Positions 33,855 to 44,297 of a stretch of 64,000 nt of DNA are shown piece after piece (positions within the stretch are counted from its first letter, which is position 1; each line of letters begins with the position of its first letter). A program made the position numbers and the translations under genes. The notes below the pieces were generated by a model. It saw only the letters and a list, made by a program, of their open reading frames with translations, had not been told where the DNA came from and ran no database searches. The DNA lies in assembly GCA_963786775.1 (NCBI GenBank), contig CAWBAM010000010.1, positions 18,806 to 82,805 on the forward strand, read 5' to 3'. Origin of the DNA: an uncultured Pseudomonadota bacterium. GTDB taxonomy: Bacteria > Pseudomonadota > Alphaproteobacteria > Rhizobiales > Hyphomicrobiaceae.

Positions 33855-35813
33855 ATGGAACACGCGACCGAGGCACTCTTGGCGCTGTTTGAGCCGCTGC
33901 GGCTCGCGGCTCTCTTCGCCGGCATGCTGGCCGGGCTGACCTGCGGACTGCTGCCCGGGCTTGGCGGGGTTGCGACGGCCTCCCTGCTGCTGCCGTTCGT
34001 GTTCCTCCTGGACGACTATTCGGGGCTGGCGCTGCTTCTGGGCGCCATCTCCGTCGTCTACACGTCCGACACGATCACCTCCGTGCTCGTCGGCGCTCCT
34101 GGATCGCCCGCCTCGGCGCCGACCGCCATCGAGGGGCACGCGCTCGCCAAAGAGGGAAAGGCGGCGATGGCCCTCGGCGTCGGTTTTCTCGCCTCGATGG
34201 TCGGCGGGCTGCTCGGGGCCCTAACCCTCGCCTTTGCCATCCCGATCGCTGGACCGATCGTGCTCGCACTCGGCACGCCAGAGCTCTTCATGTTCGCTCT
34301 GGTCGGCCTCTACTTCGCATCTAGCATGATCGGGCGGGACCTCGCTGTCGGTGTTTTGGCCGGGTGCTTTGGAATTCTTCTTGGGACGGTCGGGCCTGCG
34401 CCTGCGGCCGCGAATTACAGGTTCACATTCGGGCAGGCCTATCTGCTCGACGGGCTTTCTCTGACGATCGTTGCCCTTGGTTTGTTCGCGATCGCCGAAG
34501 TCGTCGGCATGCTGGCGTCGGGCGGAGGTATCGCCAGCGGCCGGCAGCTCCTGACGAACTGGGGCGCAGGGTTCACTGAGTTCTGGCGCAACAAGTGGCT
34601 TGTCCTGCGTTCCTCTGTCATCGGAGTGTTCGGCGGCTTCGTCCCGGCGGTCGGCGCAAATGCATCGACCTGGGTCGCTTACGGCCACGCCTTGCGATCC
34701 ACCCCGGACAAATCGCGTTTCGGCAAAGGCGAGATCCGGGGCATTGCGGCTGCAGAAGGCGCCAACAACGCAACGATCATTTCCGATCTCGTGCCGACGC
34801 TGCTGTTCAGCGTTCCCGGCGGTCCGGCGGCCGCCATCTTCCTGGGCGCGCTGTTCTCATTCGGCTTCTACCCTGGCCCGCGCATGGTCAGTGAGCACCC
34901 GACGCTCATGTACCTCGTTGTGTGGAGTGCCGCCCTGGCCTCGATCATCGGCGCCGCCATTTGTTTTGCGATTACACCCTTCATCGCCCGGGTGACGCAG
35001 ATCAGGTTCGCCCTGATCGCCGCTCCGCTGACGCTCGTCATGGTGGCGGGTGCCTATCAGGCGACGCAGTCGATCGGCGACATCGCGGTTCTGCTGATCC
35101 TCGGGCTCGTGGGCTGGCTCATGAAGCAGGCGGAGTGGCCGCGTGCGCCGGTGCTCGTCGGCTTCGTGCTTGCGGGGCCGATGGAGCAGTATTTCTGGCT
35201 GACGACGCAAATTCACGGCTGGTCGTGGCTTTGGCGGCCCGGCGTCCTGATCATCGCATCGCTGATCGTGATACCGCTCGTGATCCAGCTCGTCAGGGGC
35301 CGGCGGCAGAGCAGAGAAAGCCGTGCGAGCGAGGTCGCTCGATCGCAAGCTGCCCCTCCTCGCGACACCGATGGCACGAGGTTTACACGTGTCCTCCTTG
35401 CATTCGCGGCGGTGCCTGTCTTCGCGTACGCCGCATGGGAGACAATGCAATTCTCGCCAAGCTCGAGATTGCTGCCGCTGCTCGCCATCGTACCCGGGCT
35501 AGCACTGTCAATCCTAGTGTGCGCTCGCGAACTGTGGCGCCTGCTGAGGCGCTCCGATGCGTTCCAGTTCGATGCCAAAGGTGAATACGGCATCATGCTG
35601 GGCTTCATCGCCTACGGCGTTGGCATGGGCCTCTTTGGCTTCGAGATCGCCACTATCGGCTTTCTCGCGTGGGTGCTTTTCGCCTGCGGACGGATGAAGC
35701 CGGTCACCGGCCTCGCCTACGGCATCGTGCTTTTGCTGGCGATCAACGGCATGTTCAGCTTGATGCGCATCGCGCCGCCCAAGGGCCTGCTACTCAACGC
35801 GACCCTCTTCTAA
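33855..35813 (+). CDS. TTT permease TctA with C-terminal TctB-like extension
   Basis: GLLPGLG, GAPGSPASAPTAIEG, AAEGANNA; ~150 extra hydrophobic residues ending PKGLL. Confidence 0.85.
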   Translation: MEHATEALLALFEPLRLAALFAGMLAGLTCGLLPGLGGVATASLLLPFVFLLDDYSGLALLLGAISVVYTSDTITSVLVGAPGSPASAPTAIEGHALAKEGKAAMALGVGFLASMVGGLLGALTLAFAIPIAGPIVLALGTPELFMFALVGLYFASSMIGRDLAVGVLAGCFGILLGTVGPAPAAANYRFTFGQAYLLDGLSLTIVALGLFAIAEVVGMLASGGGIASGRQLLTNWGAGFTEFWRNKWLVLRSSVIGVFGGFVPAVGANASTWVAYGHALRSTPDKSRFGKGEIRGIAAAEGANNATIISDLVPTLLFSVPGGPAAAIFLGALFSFGFYPGPRMVSEHPTLMYLVVWSAALASIIGAAICFAITPFIARVTQIRFALIAAPLTLVMVAGAYQATQSIGDIAVLLILGLVGWLMKQAEWPRAPVLVGFVLAGPMEQYFWLTTQIHGWSWLWRPGVLIIASLIVIPLVIQLVRGRRQSRESRASEVARSQAAPPRDTDGTRFTRVLLAFAAVPVFAYAAWETMQFSPSSRLLPLLAIVPGLALSILVCARELWRLLRRSDAFQFDAKGEYGIMLGFIAYGVGMGLFGFEIATIGFLAWVLFACGRMKPVTGLAYGIVLLLAINGMFSLMRIAPPKGLLLNATLF

Positions 35814-35847
35814 AGCAGACAAAGCCCGACCGCTTACTTATTGCGAT

Positions 35848-37576
35848 TTATGCGACGCGGTCGCCCTTCTTCACTGTCACTGCCCGGTTATCGACCGCCG
35901 GCAGCATCTTGGCCGGGTCGCGAGTGACGACGACGTCGACGACGCTCGGGCCCGGCGTGGACATCGCGGACTTCAGCGCATCGACAAGCTCGGCGGGCCG
36001 CTCGACGCGGACACCATGGCAGCCGAAAGCCTGCGCGACCGCGGCATAGTTCGTTTCCGCAAGATCCGACGCGTGGTAGGCGCCCTCGCCATACATCAGG
36101 TGCTGCAGCGCCTTCACGTAGCCGGAGGCCGCGTTGTTGACGACGATTATTGTGAAATTGAGGTTCAGGCGGCGCGCCGTTTCCAGCTCGCCGATCATCA
36201 TGTTGAACCCGCCGTCGCCGGTGATGCTGACCACCGTGCGACCGTCCGCAGCCATCGCTGCGCCCATCGCGCCCGGAAGCCCGTAGCCGATGGATGCGAA
36301 ACCCCGATCCGGAACGAAGCCGCGGCCGGCCTGCTTGGTATCGTACAGCAACCCGCCCCAGTGCGCGGCGAAGCCGCCGTCCGCCACGAGAATTCCATCG
36401 GCGGGCATAACATTGTTGAGTTCGTGCATCAGCCGCGCCATGGCGACCGGCGTTTCATCGGACTCGAGGCGCTCACGAACGCTCTCGCGCCACGCCTGCA
36501 TCCGGCGAGAGACGTCACTGGCGTACTCGGCTTGCCGGTCACGGATGGCCGCAGCATCATCCGAGAGCGCGGCAATCAAATCCCGGATGACCTTCCCGTG
36601 CATCACCCCAAAGCGCCACCTCCGGCTCGCGCGTGCGGCCGAATTCCTCGGCGAGGATATCGAGGTGGATGATCCGCTTGCCGACGGGCGGAACCGTGTA
36701 GCGTTTCGTGGCGATCTCGCCGAGCTTGCAGCCGACGACGAAGATCAGATCGGCCTCTTCAATGAGCTTGTTGGCGATGCGATCGTACCGGCCAAAAAGC
36801 CCAGCATTGAGCGGATCGGTGCAGGGGATGGCCCCCTTCCCGCTCATGGTGTGAGCCACGGGCAGGTTGATCGCGCGTGCAAGCTCCGTCAGCGCCTCGG
36901 CGGCCCCGGAAATGTGCACGCCGCCGCCCGCAAGCACGATCGGCCGCCTGGCCTCGGCAATCATCCGTGCTGCGCGTTCGAGCGAACGGGCATCAGGGCG
37001 GCAACGCAAAGCCGGAGCGGCCTGATAGGCTGGATCGGCGTGGAACTCACCCTCCTCGTAACCGTGAGTTCCGTGGCAGATGTCCTCAGGCACATCGACG
37101 ATCACGGGCCCCGGCCGGCCGGTCGTCGCAACCGCAAAGGCCCGGCGCATCAGCTCCGGAATGCGCTGGATGCTCTCGATCCGGATGACCTCCTTGACTG
37201 CCGGGCGCAGAATCTCGAGCTGCCGCAATTCCTGGGTCATGTTTTTCCAGGAATGATCGCGGTGCGTATTGCCCGTCAGCACGACCAGTGGCGAGCCCGC
37301 ATTTAGTGCTTCAACCAGGCCGGTAACGAGATTGGTTGCACCCGGTCCCAGCGTTGCGTCTGCGAGGCCAACACGCCCGGATACCTTGGCATAGGCATCG
37401 GCCGCGAAAACACCCGCCCTCTCATCATTGATGAGGTGATGCGCGAGGCCGAGCCGGCGAGCGGCATCGTAGAACGGCAAGAGCTGAAAACCGCCCATCC
37501 CGAACATCGGGCCGCCCTCGTGCGCCTGAATCATGCGCGCCAAGGCTTCGCCGCCGGTCATCTCATTTGCCGACAT
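35848..37576 (-). CDS. ThDP-dependent acetolactate-synthase-like enzyme (frameshift ~36600)
   Basis: INDERAGVFAADAYA, LGPGATNL, GRPGPV, GDGGFNM...VVNN. Confidence 0.88.
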
Positions 37577-37593
37577 TCATGTCTCCTGAAGGC

Positions 37594-38889
37594 TCAAACC
37601 GAATAGCCGAGGTGTCGTGGTAGCCAGAGTGCAAGCTCTGGGAAAATGATGAGCAGCACCAGCACCACGGCCATGGACAAAATGAACCAAGCCACCCAGC
37701 GCACCGTGGCCTCGATGGGCACATTTGCGACTTTCGAAGTGACGAACAGATTGACCGCCACCGGAGGCGTGACCTGGCCAATGGCTATGTTGATCGCCAT
37801 CAGCACGCCGAACCAAGTGAGATTCCAGCCGAGCTTCAATGCCACGGGGTAAAGAAGCGGCAGCGAGATGAGGTAGATCGAGGGTCCATCCAGCAGCATG
37901 CCGAGAAAGAGGATGAGCAGCATCACCAGACAGAGCACGATCAGCGGATCACCGGTCAGCGCCAGAATGGCATTGGCCGCCTGATCGAACGCGCCCAGCG
38001 TGGAGCCCGCGAAGGCAAAAAGGCCTGCGAGCGCGATGATGATCATGATAACTGCCGTCGTCTCAGCAGACTCGGCAAGGACCTCAAGGATGCCCTTGAG
38101 ATCGAAGGCCCGATAGGCAACCCCGACGATAAAGCCATAAACGGCCGCTACGGCCGCAGCTTCCGTCGGCGTGAATAGTCCGCTCCTTAGACCGCCCAGA
38201 ATGATGACAGGAGCGAACAGGCCGGGCAACGCCTCCCAGAATGAGCGCCAAAATGGCGGACGCTTCTGCCCTTCACAATCATCGAAGCCGTGCTTTCGGC
38301 TGATCAACAGCGTCGGGATCATCAAGGCGCAGCCGACGAGAATGCCGGGAATGAGACCCGCAGCGAACAAGGCCCTGAGATCGACACCGGGTACGAGCAC
38401 GCCATAGATGACCAGTGCCAGCGATGGCGGAATGAGGATCGCCGTCGACGCTCCCGCTGCGATGACGCTTGCAGAGAACGCATCGGGATAACCCGCACGG
38501 CGCATGCTCGGGATCATGATGGTTGCGACGGCGGCGGCATCTGCCGGGCCTGAGCCGGACATGCCGCCGAGTATCATGCAGACCAGGATCGCCACCAGTG
38601 CGAGCCCGCCTCGACGCGGACCTACGACCGCCTGCATGAACGTCACCAGCCGTGCCGCGACGCCTGCCCTCTCGAACACAACGCCGGTGAGCACGAACAG
38701 CGGAATGGCGATCAGCGGATACTTGTTGATCGAGTTGTAGGTGATCTGCGCAACGCTCTGCAGCGCATAGACATCCAGGCCGACGGCGATGGCTGCAAAG
38801 CCCGCAAGCCCGAGCGATACAGCGATGGGCGCGCCGACGACGAGGAGCGCAGCGAAAACCGCGACGAGGACGAGATTGGCGGTGATCAT
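37594..38889 (-). CDS. TRAP large permease DctM
   Basis: AIPLFVLTG, SGSGPADAAA, ILIPPS, TPTEAA, TPPVAVNLFV. Confidence 0.92.
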   Translation of the reverse strand: MITANLVLVAVFAALLVVGAPIAVSLGLAGFAAIAVGLDVYALQSVAQITYNSINKYPLIAIPLFVLTGVVFERAGVAARLVTFMQAVVGPRRGGLALVAILVCMILGGMSGSGPADAAAVATIMIPSMRRAGYPDAFSASVIAAGASTAILIPPSLALVIYGVLVPGVDLRALFAAGLIPGILVGCALMIPTLLISRKHGFDDCEGQKRPPFWRSFWEALPGLFAPVIILGGLRSGLFTPTEAAAVAAVYGFIVGVAYRAFDLKGILEVLAESAETTAVIMIIIALAGLFAFAGSTLGAFDQAANAILALTGDPLIVLCLVMLLILFLGMLLDGPSIYLISLPLLYPVALKLGWNLTWFGVLMAINIAIGQVTPPVAVNLFVTSKVANVPIEATVRWVAWFILSMAVVLVLLIIFPELALWLPRHLGYSV

Positions 38890-39392
38890 TGACTCGCCCT
38901 CTCCTCCCGCCACCAGGCGAACAGGATGCGACCCATGATGAGGACCGAAAGCACAGGCATCCAGATCGTGTAGATCCACGTCGGAACGCCGAGCCCTCCT
39001 GACAGCTCCTCAAACCGGTATTGATCCCAGGTCAGCCAACCGCCATACCAGACGATCATTCCAAACATAGCGAGCGCGGCGAGTCGGGCGGCCGCTCGAC
39101 AGAACCGACGCCACAGATGGCCGCGGTCCGCGATAAAGCCCACCCGCATATGGCTGTTTCGAGCCACTGCTGCCGACGCACCGACGAACGTCAGCAGCAC
39201 CATGAGGAACGTGGAATACTCCTCAGTGAAAGCGAACGAGTAATTGCTGATGTAGCGCACCAGCACATTGGCGAAGCTGATCACACAGATGCCGGCCATC
39301 GCGAGGGCGCCAATCAGGCGCTCGATCGGCAACAGGCGGTCGCCCCTCTCTGGTGCGATTTCGGGCACCTCAGTGCCTGGTTCGTGTGCCAT
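38886..39392 (-). CDS. TRAP small permease DctQ
   Basis: NVLVRY..FTEE, HMRV. Confidence 0.88.
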   Translation of the reverse strand: MAHEPGTEVPEIAPERGDRLLPIERLIGALAMAGICVISFANVLVRYISNYSFAFTEEYSTFLMVLLTFVGASAAVARNSHMRVGFIADRGHLWRRFCRAAARLAALAMFGMIVWYGGWLTWDQYRFEELSGGLGVPTWIYTIWMPVLSVLIMGRILFAWWREERASQ

Positions 39393-39453
39393 GGGAGCTG
39401 GCGCAAAGCTAACGAGCACACCCGCCGCCTCGGGCAGGTGTGCTCAGAGACGA

Positions 39454-40494
39454 CTACTTGCCGCGATTGGCGACGGCCTTCTCGGCAGCCTCGACGAGCT
39501 CGGCGCCGATCCGGGCCTTCCACTTTTCGTAGACCGGCTTCGTCGCTTCCTGGAACGCCTTGAGCTCCTCGGGCGTCAGCTCAGTGATGGTCACGCCGAG
39601 CTTCCTGATCTCCTCCAGCTGCGAGGAATCCTCGGGCGTCACGCCCTTGCGCGCCACCTCGATGCCGTACTTGCCGGCCTCCACAGCCGCCTGCCTGACT
39701 ATCTCCTGATCCTCGGGCGTGAAGCTCTCCCAGACCTGCTTGTTGACGGAGAAGATCAGCGGATCGGCCACGTAGTGCCACAACGTCACGTACTTCTGGC
39801 CCACCGTGTGCAGCTTGGCGACCGTAAAGATCGACAGCGGATTCTCCTGGCCGTCGACAGCGCCCGTCGAGAGTGCCGGCTGCGCATCGGCCCAGCTCAT
39901 CTGGGTCGGGTTGGCACCGAGAGCGGTAAAGGTGTCGTTGAACAGCGGCGAGCCAACCACCCGGATCTTCAGACCCTTCAAATCTTCGGGCTTGCGAACC
40001 TCATGCTTGGAGTTGGTCAGCTCACGGAAGCCGTTCTCACCCCAGGCGAGCGGAACGATGTCCTTGGAAGCGATGATCTCGAACAGCTTCTTGCCCGGCT
40101 CACCCTGGGTGATGGCGTCGATCGCGGCATGGTCCGGCATCAGGAACGGCAGAGAGAACAGGTTCAGCTCCGGCACCTGCGGCGACCAGTTGATGGTGGA
40201 GCCGACCGCCATGTCGATGATGCCCTGACGCATGGCGGTGAACTCTTTCGTCTGGTCACCAGCCACAAGCTGCGCGCCGGGATAGACCTTCATATTGATG
40301 CGGCCGTTCGTGCGCTCTTTCACAAGATCCGCCCAGCGTTGTGCCGAAAGACCCCAGGGGAACGGCACGCCGACCACGGTCGAAATTTTGTACTCGCTCT
40401 TATAATTTTGCGCTTCCACCGGTGTGGCTGCGAGCGCCCCCACCAGCAGCGCGGGCAAAGCGATCCCGGCAGCGATTTTTCTGAATAAATCCAT
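39454..40494 (-). CDS. TRAP substrate-binding DctP
   Basis: WGENGFR, DLKGLKIRV, VDGQENP. Confidence 0.93.
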   Translation of the reverse strand: MDLFRKIAAGIALPALLVGALAATPVEAQNYKSEYKISTVVGVPFPWGLSAQRWADLVKERTNGRINMKVYPGAQLVAGDQTKEFTAMRQGIIDMAVGSTINWSPQVPELNLFSLPFLMPDHAAIDAITQGEPGKKLFEIIASKDIVPLAWGENGFRELTNSKHEVRKPEDLKGLKIRVVGSPLFNDTFTALGANPTQMSWADAQPALSTGAVDGQENPLSIFTVAKLHTVGQKYVTLWHYVADPLIFSVNKQVWESFTPEDQEIVRQAAVEAGKYGIEVARKGVTPEDSSQLEEIRKLGVTITELTPEELKAFQEATKPVYEKWKARIGAELVEAAEKAVANRGK

Positions 40495-40516
40495 GGCGTT
40501 TTCTCCACCCTCCTGA

Positions 40517-41494
40517 CTAGTACGCGACAAGCTCACGAACAGCTTTGCTGATCTCCCCCTCAGTGACGCGCACCGCGTCTTCAAGCGGCGGAGCGTAGCT
40601 GACTGGGATGCGCGGTGCCCCGAGGCGGCGAACAGGTGCCTTTAACCTGTTGTATAGATTTTCTGCAACCGTTGCAGCGACCTCGGCACCGAACCCGGCG
40701 ACGGAAACTGCTTCCTGGACAACAAGGAGCCGGCCCGTCTTTTCGACGCTTTTGAAGACGGATTTCTTGTCCCATGGCCAGAGCGTGCGAAGGTCGATCA
40801 CCTCGGCTTCGATGCCGTCACCTGCGAGACGCTCCGCAGCCGCCGCGGCGATGTGGACCTGTTTCGACCAGGAGACGATCGTAACATCGCTGCCCTCGCG
40901 CACAATTCGTGCCTGGCCGAAGGGCACGACGTAATCAGGATCAAGTGGCACATCTCCTTCGAGAGACCACATGTCCTTGTGCTCCATGTAGATGACGGGA
41001 TCGTCGCAACGGATGGCGGACTTCAGCAGCCCTTTATTGTCGGCTGGCGTCGACGGGCAGACCACCACTAGGCCAGGAACGTGGACGTACCAGGCTTCCA
41101 ACGATTGAGAATGCTGGGCCGCAGATGAGCGCCACATCCCAATCGGCTGGCGCACAACCAGCGGAACTTTTGTCTGACCGCCGAACATAAAGCGCGCCTT
41201 GGCGGCCTGGTTCACGATCTCGTCCATGGCGCACAGCGCGAAATCGGAAAAGCGCATTTCGACCACGGGCCGGGTGCCCATCATCGCAGCGCCCACGGCG
41301 GCGCCCATGATGCAGGCCTCCGAAATTGGCGCATCGGAAATGCGGTCTTTGCCGAATTCCTCAACCAGCCCGCGATACTGGCCAAAAACACCGCCGCGGC
41401 CCAGGTCCTCGCCGACGGCCCAAACGGTTGGATCCCGCCGCATCTCCTCCGCGAGGGCTACCGCGGAGGCCTCCAAATAGGTCATACGCTTCAT
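40517..41494 (-). CDS. 2-oxoacid/acetoin dehydrogenase E1 beta
   Basis: DAPISEA, AAQHSQSLEAW, DPVIYMEHK, EVIDLRTL. Confidence 0.92.
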   Translation of the reverse strand: MKRMTYLEASAVALAEEMRRDPTVWAVGEDLGRGGVFGQYRGLVEEFGKDRISDAPISEACIMGAAVGAAMMGTRPVVEMRFSDFALCAMDEIVNQAAKARFMFGGQTKVPLVVRQPIGMWRSSAAQHSQSLEAWYVHVPGLVVVCPSTPADNKGLLKSAIRCDDPVIYMEHKDMWSLEGDVPLDPDYVVPFGQARIVREGSDVTIVSWSKQVHIAAAAAERLAGDGIEAEVIDLRTLWPWDKKSVFKSVEKTGRLLVVQEAVSVAGFGAEVAATVAENLYNRLKAPVRRLGAPRIPVSYAPPLEDAVRVTEGEISKAVRELVAY

Positions 41495-42489
41495 CAGTAA
41501 GCCTCCACGCGCGGGTCGCCGATGTCCTGAACATCATGGAAGGCGCGCTCCGCCGGTGGGTAGGGTGTGGCGACGGCCTTCTCGTAGGCGGCCTGCATTT
41601 CAGCTTTCGCAGCCTCGCGATCGGCCTCGAGCTCCGCCTCGGCCACTCCAGCCTGGCGCAGCATCTCGGCCGCGCGAATGATCGGATCCTGCTTCCAGCG
41701 CTCCTCGACCTCCTCCTTGGGCCGATAGGTGGCGGGGTCGGCACCAGTGTGACCGGTTAAACGATATGTTCGGGCGCGGAGGAATTGCGGTCCTGCACCG
41801 GCACGGATCGCCTCCTTGAGCTCCAAGGTTAGAGCTTCGAGAGCGAGAACATCGTTGCCGTCGACATCGTGCGCAGGAACACCGATGCCCTCCGCACGGG
41901 CCACGGGTCCCTCGCCGGCCGTCATGTCCTCTGTTCGGGTCGAGGCCGCGAAGCCGTTGTCTTCGCACACGAAGAGGACCGGCAGGTTGAAGACTTTCGC
42001 CCAGTTGAGCCCCTCAAGGAATGGGCCGCGATTGATGGCGCCATCGCCGAAAATGCAGCAGACGATGCGATCCTCTTTCTTGAGCTTGATCGCATGCGCC
42101 GCGCCCGCCGCGATGCTGATGTTCGCGGCGACGACGCCATTGGCGCCCAGCATGCCGACGGAGAAGTCGGCGATGTGCATGGAGCCCCCCTTGCCGCCGC
42201 AGTTGCCCCCTTCCCGGCCGAATAGCTCGCGCATCATGGCGAGCGGATCGGCGCCTTTCGCCAAGGTGTGCCCATGGCCGCGGTGGGTCGAAAGGAGAAT
42301 GTCCTCGCGCGCCAAGTTACTGCAGATCCCAGCGGCGATAGCCTCCTGGCCAATGGACGGATGAATGGCGCCCAGCACCACCTTCTCTTCGAGGCCGCGG
42401 AGGGCTTGCTCTTCGAATGCGCGGATGCGGTGCATCAGGCGATGATGCGCACGCAGCCGCTCAACATCGATGTTGCGACGTAAGCTCAT
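41494..42489 (-). CDS. 2-oxoacid/acetoin dehydrogenase E1 alpha
   Basis: GQEA, STHRGHGH, GKGGSMH, FGDGA..., YRLTGH. Confidence 0.92.
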   Translation of the reverse strand: MSLRRNIDVERLRAHHRLMHRIRAFEEQALRGLEEKVVLGAIHPSIGQEAIAAGICSNLAREDILLSTHRGHGHTLAKGADPLAMMRELFGREGGNCGGKGGSMHIADFSVGMLGANGVVAANISIAAGAAHAIKLKKEDRIVCCIFGDGAINRGPFLEGLNWAKVFNLPVLFVCEDNGFAASTRTEDMTAGEGPVARAEGIGVPAHDVDGNDVLALEALTLELKEAIRAGAGPQFLRARTYRLTGHTGADPATYRPKEEVEERWKQDPIIRAAEMLRQAGVAEAELEADREAAKAEMQAAYEKAVATPYPPAERAFHDVQDIGDPRVEAY

Positions 42490-42497
42490 AATGCGCG

Positions 42498-43298
42498 TCA
42501 GGCTCCGGCAATAGGTTGAAGGTCTCGGCTTTCCAATGGCGGCTCGAGCATCTCAGCGAGTGCTTCCGCCTCTTCGCGCAGCCGGCGAACGAGTTTGGGC
42601 AGGCGCTCAGCGCCCATCCGATCACGAATTGCTGCAAGGCTCAAAGATGCGGCAGGGCGTCCACTGCGGGTCACCACTGCCACGCCGATGGCCTGCATCG
42701 CGGGCACGATGCGCCCTTCATTAAGAGCGAAGCCTTCGATTCGCGTGCGCGCAACCAGGCGCAGCAACTCGTCCGGCGAGAACCCTGCATAGTCCTGCAA
42801 CCACCGCCTGTTGCGCGCGATGATCGTTTCGATTTCTTCATCGGGAAGGTGCGCCAGCAGCGCGAGGCTTCCCGCCCCTACTCCGAGCGGGCGTCGGTCG
42901 CCCTGATCAAGTGTCAGCGTGCGAATGGGAAAGCTGCCCACCTCGCGGGCGATGCAGACGGCGGCAAGGCCCTCGCGCACGGAAGCGAATACCGTATCCT
43001 CCGTCTCGGCAGCTAGGCGCCGCAATACGGGCCGGACGAGACTTCCGATATGATGGATTGCAGCCTCGCGGCCCAGGGCAGCAGCGGATGCGCCGAGACT
43101 GTAGCGTTTCGTTTTCAGATCCTGGTGCACGAAGCCGACATGGACCAACGCGCCGAGCAGCCGGTGCGCCGTGGTCTTACCCAGACCGGTCGTTTCCGCG
43201 ATGTCGCTCAAACGAAACCCGTCGTCACCCGCACCAGAAAGCAGACGCAAGATCGTTGCGACGCGATCCACAGTCTTGACTGTGGGTTCCTGGTTCAA
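42498..43298 (-). CDS. IclR-family regulator
   Basis: HTH GLGKTTAHRLL; GAGSLALLA C-terminal domain; start approximate. Confidence 0.9.
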   Translation of the reverse strand: MNQEPTVKTVDRVATILRLLSGAGDDGFRLSDIAETTGLGKTTAHRLLGALVHVGFVHQDLKTKRYSLGASAAALGREAAIHHIGSLVRPVLRRLAAETEDTVFASVREGLAAVCIAREVGSFPIRTLTLDQGDRRPLGVGAGSLALLAHLPDEEIETIIARNRRWLQDYAGFSPDELLRLVARTRIEGFALNEGRIVPAMQAIGVAVVTRSGRPAASLSLAAIRDRMGAERLPKLVRRLREEAEALAEMLEPPLESRDLQPIAGA

Positions 43299-43334
43299 CG
43301 CCACTCCTCGTCCACGTCCCGTCTGGAGCACCCT

Positions 43335-43350
43335 TTCCAAATTAGCGGAA
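43335..43350. promoter_or_regulatory. Possible IclR-type operator in the divergent intergenic region
   Basis: TTCC-AAATTAGC-GGAA inverted repeat. Confidence 0.35.
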
Positions 43351-43438
43351 CTTCGATAGCATGTTTTCGGAACAAAGGTCATCCGTTTTCGCAACAGTCG
43401 ATGCGGGCGACCGAAGGGAGGTTACAGAGACACGCGCC

Positions 43439-44242
43439 GTGATCGAAGCGCCGACGGCAACCAAATTTCCCCCTGAAGCGCGCGCAAACGTTGTCGTCTG
43501 CGGAAGTCATGGCGGCCGCTATCCCGCCTACCTCGCAGCACAAGCAGGCCTCCGGGCTGTCATCTTCTGCGACGCGGGAGTTGGCCGTGACGCTGCCGGG
43601 ATCGAATCCCTCTCGCTCCTCGGGCAGGGCGGCATGGCCGCAGCAACCGTATCCCACATGACTGCCCGCATCGGCGAGCCGGCGGACATGCTCGCGCGGG
43701 GCATCATCTCTCATGTCAACGAGCCGGCGCGAGCGGTGGGCGTGGAGCCCGGCATGCCATGCCGGCTCGCGGCGGAGCGCCTGGAAGCTGCCGAGGTCCG
43801 CACCGTTCATATCCCGCCCTCGGAAGAGTCCCGCACGGTCATCAACCTGCCGGGTGGCGCTCGCCGGCTGGTGCTCATCGACTCGGCCGCCATGGTAGAG
43901 CCCAATGATGCTGATCAGATCATCGTGACCGGCTCCCACGGCGGGCTGGTTGGCGCCAATCCAGCATATGCTCTGCGTGTCGACGGTTTTGCCGCAGTCT
44001 TCAACGACGCCGGAATTGGCATAGACGAGGCAGGAATCGCCCGTTTGCCGGCCCTGCAGCAAAGAGGCATTGCGGCTTTTACGGTCGCCGCTGCAAGTGC
44101 CAGGATCGGGGAAGCGAAATCGACTTACGAGGATGGCGTCATTTCTGCCGTGAACGAAAGGGCCCGCGAATTGGGAGCCATGCCAGGTAAGCGAGGCCAA
44201 GGAGGTGCTGCTCGCTTGGGCGCGGGGCGTCACATGAGGTAG
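43439..44242 (+). CDS. Conserved hypothetical protein with internally duplicated domain
   Basis: Two repeats of GSHGG...DAG(V/I)G.D.AGI...ARIGE....G(I/V)IS.VNE.A. Confidence 0.75.
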   Translation: MIEAPTATKFPPEARANVVVCGSHGGRYPAYLAAQAGLRAVIFCDAGVGRDAAGIESLSLLGQGGMAAATVSHMTARIGEPADMLARGIISHVNEPARAVGVEPGMPCRLAAERLEAAEVRTVHIPPSEESRTVINLPGGARRLVLIDSAAMVEPNDADQIIVTGSHGGLVGANPAYALRVDGFAAVFNDAGIGIDEAGIARLPALQQRGIAAFTVAAASARIGEAKSTYEDGVISAVNERARELGAMPGKRGQGGAARLGAGRHMR

Positions 44243-44297
44243 GATCATTGGCAGTGGGCGCCGCCGCAACAGCGGTTGAGGCTAGAAGAACGGGAAA

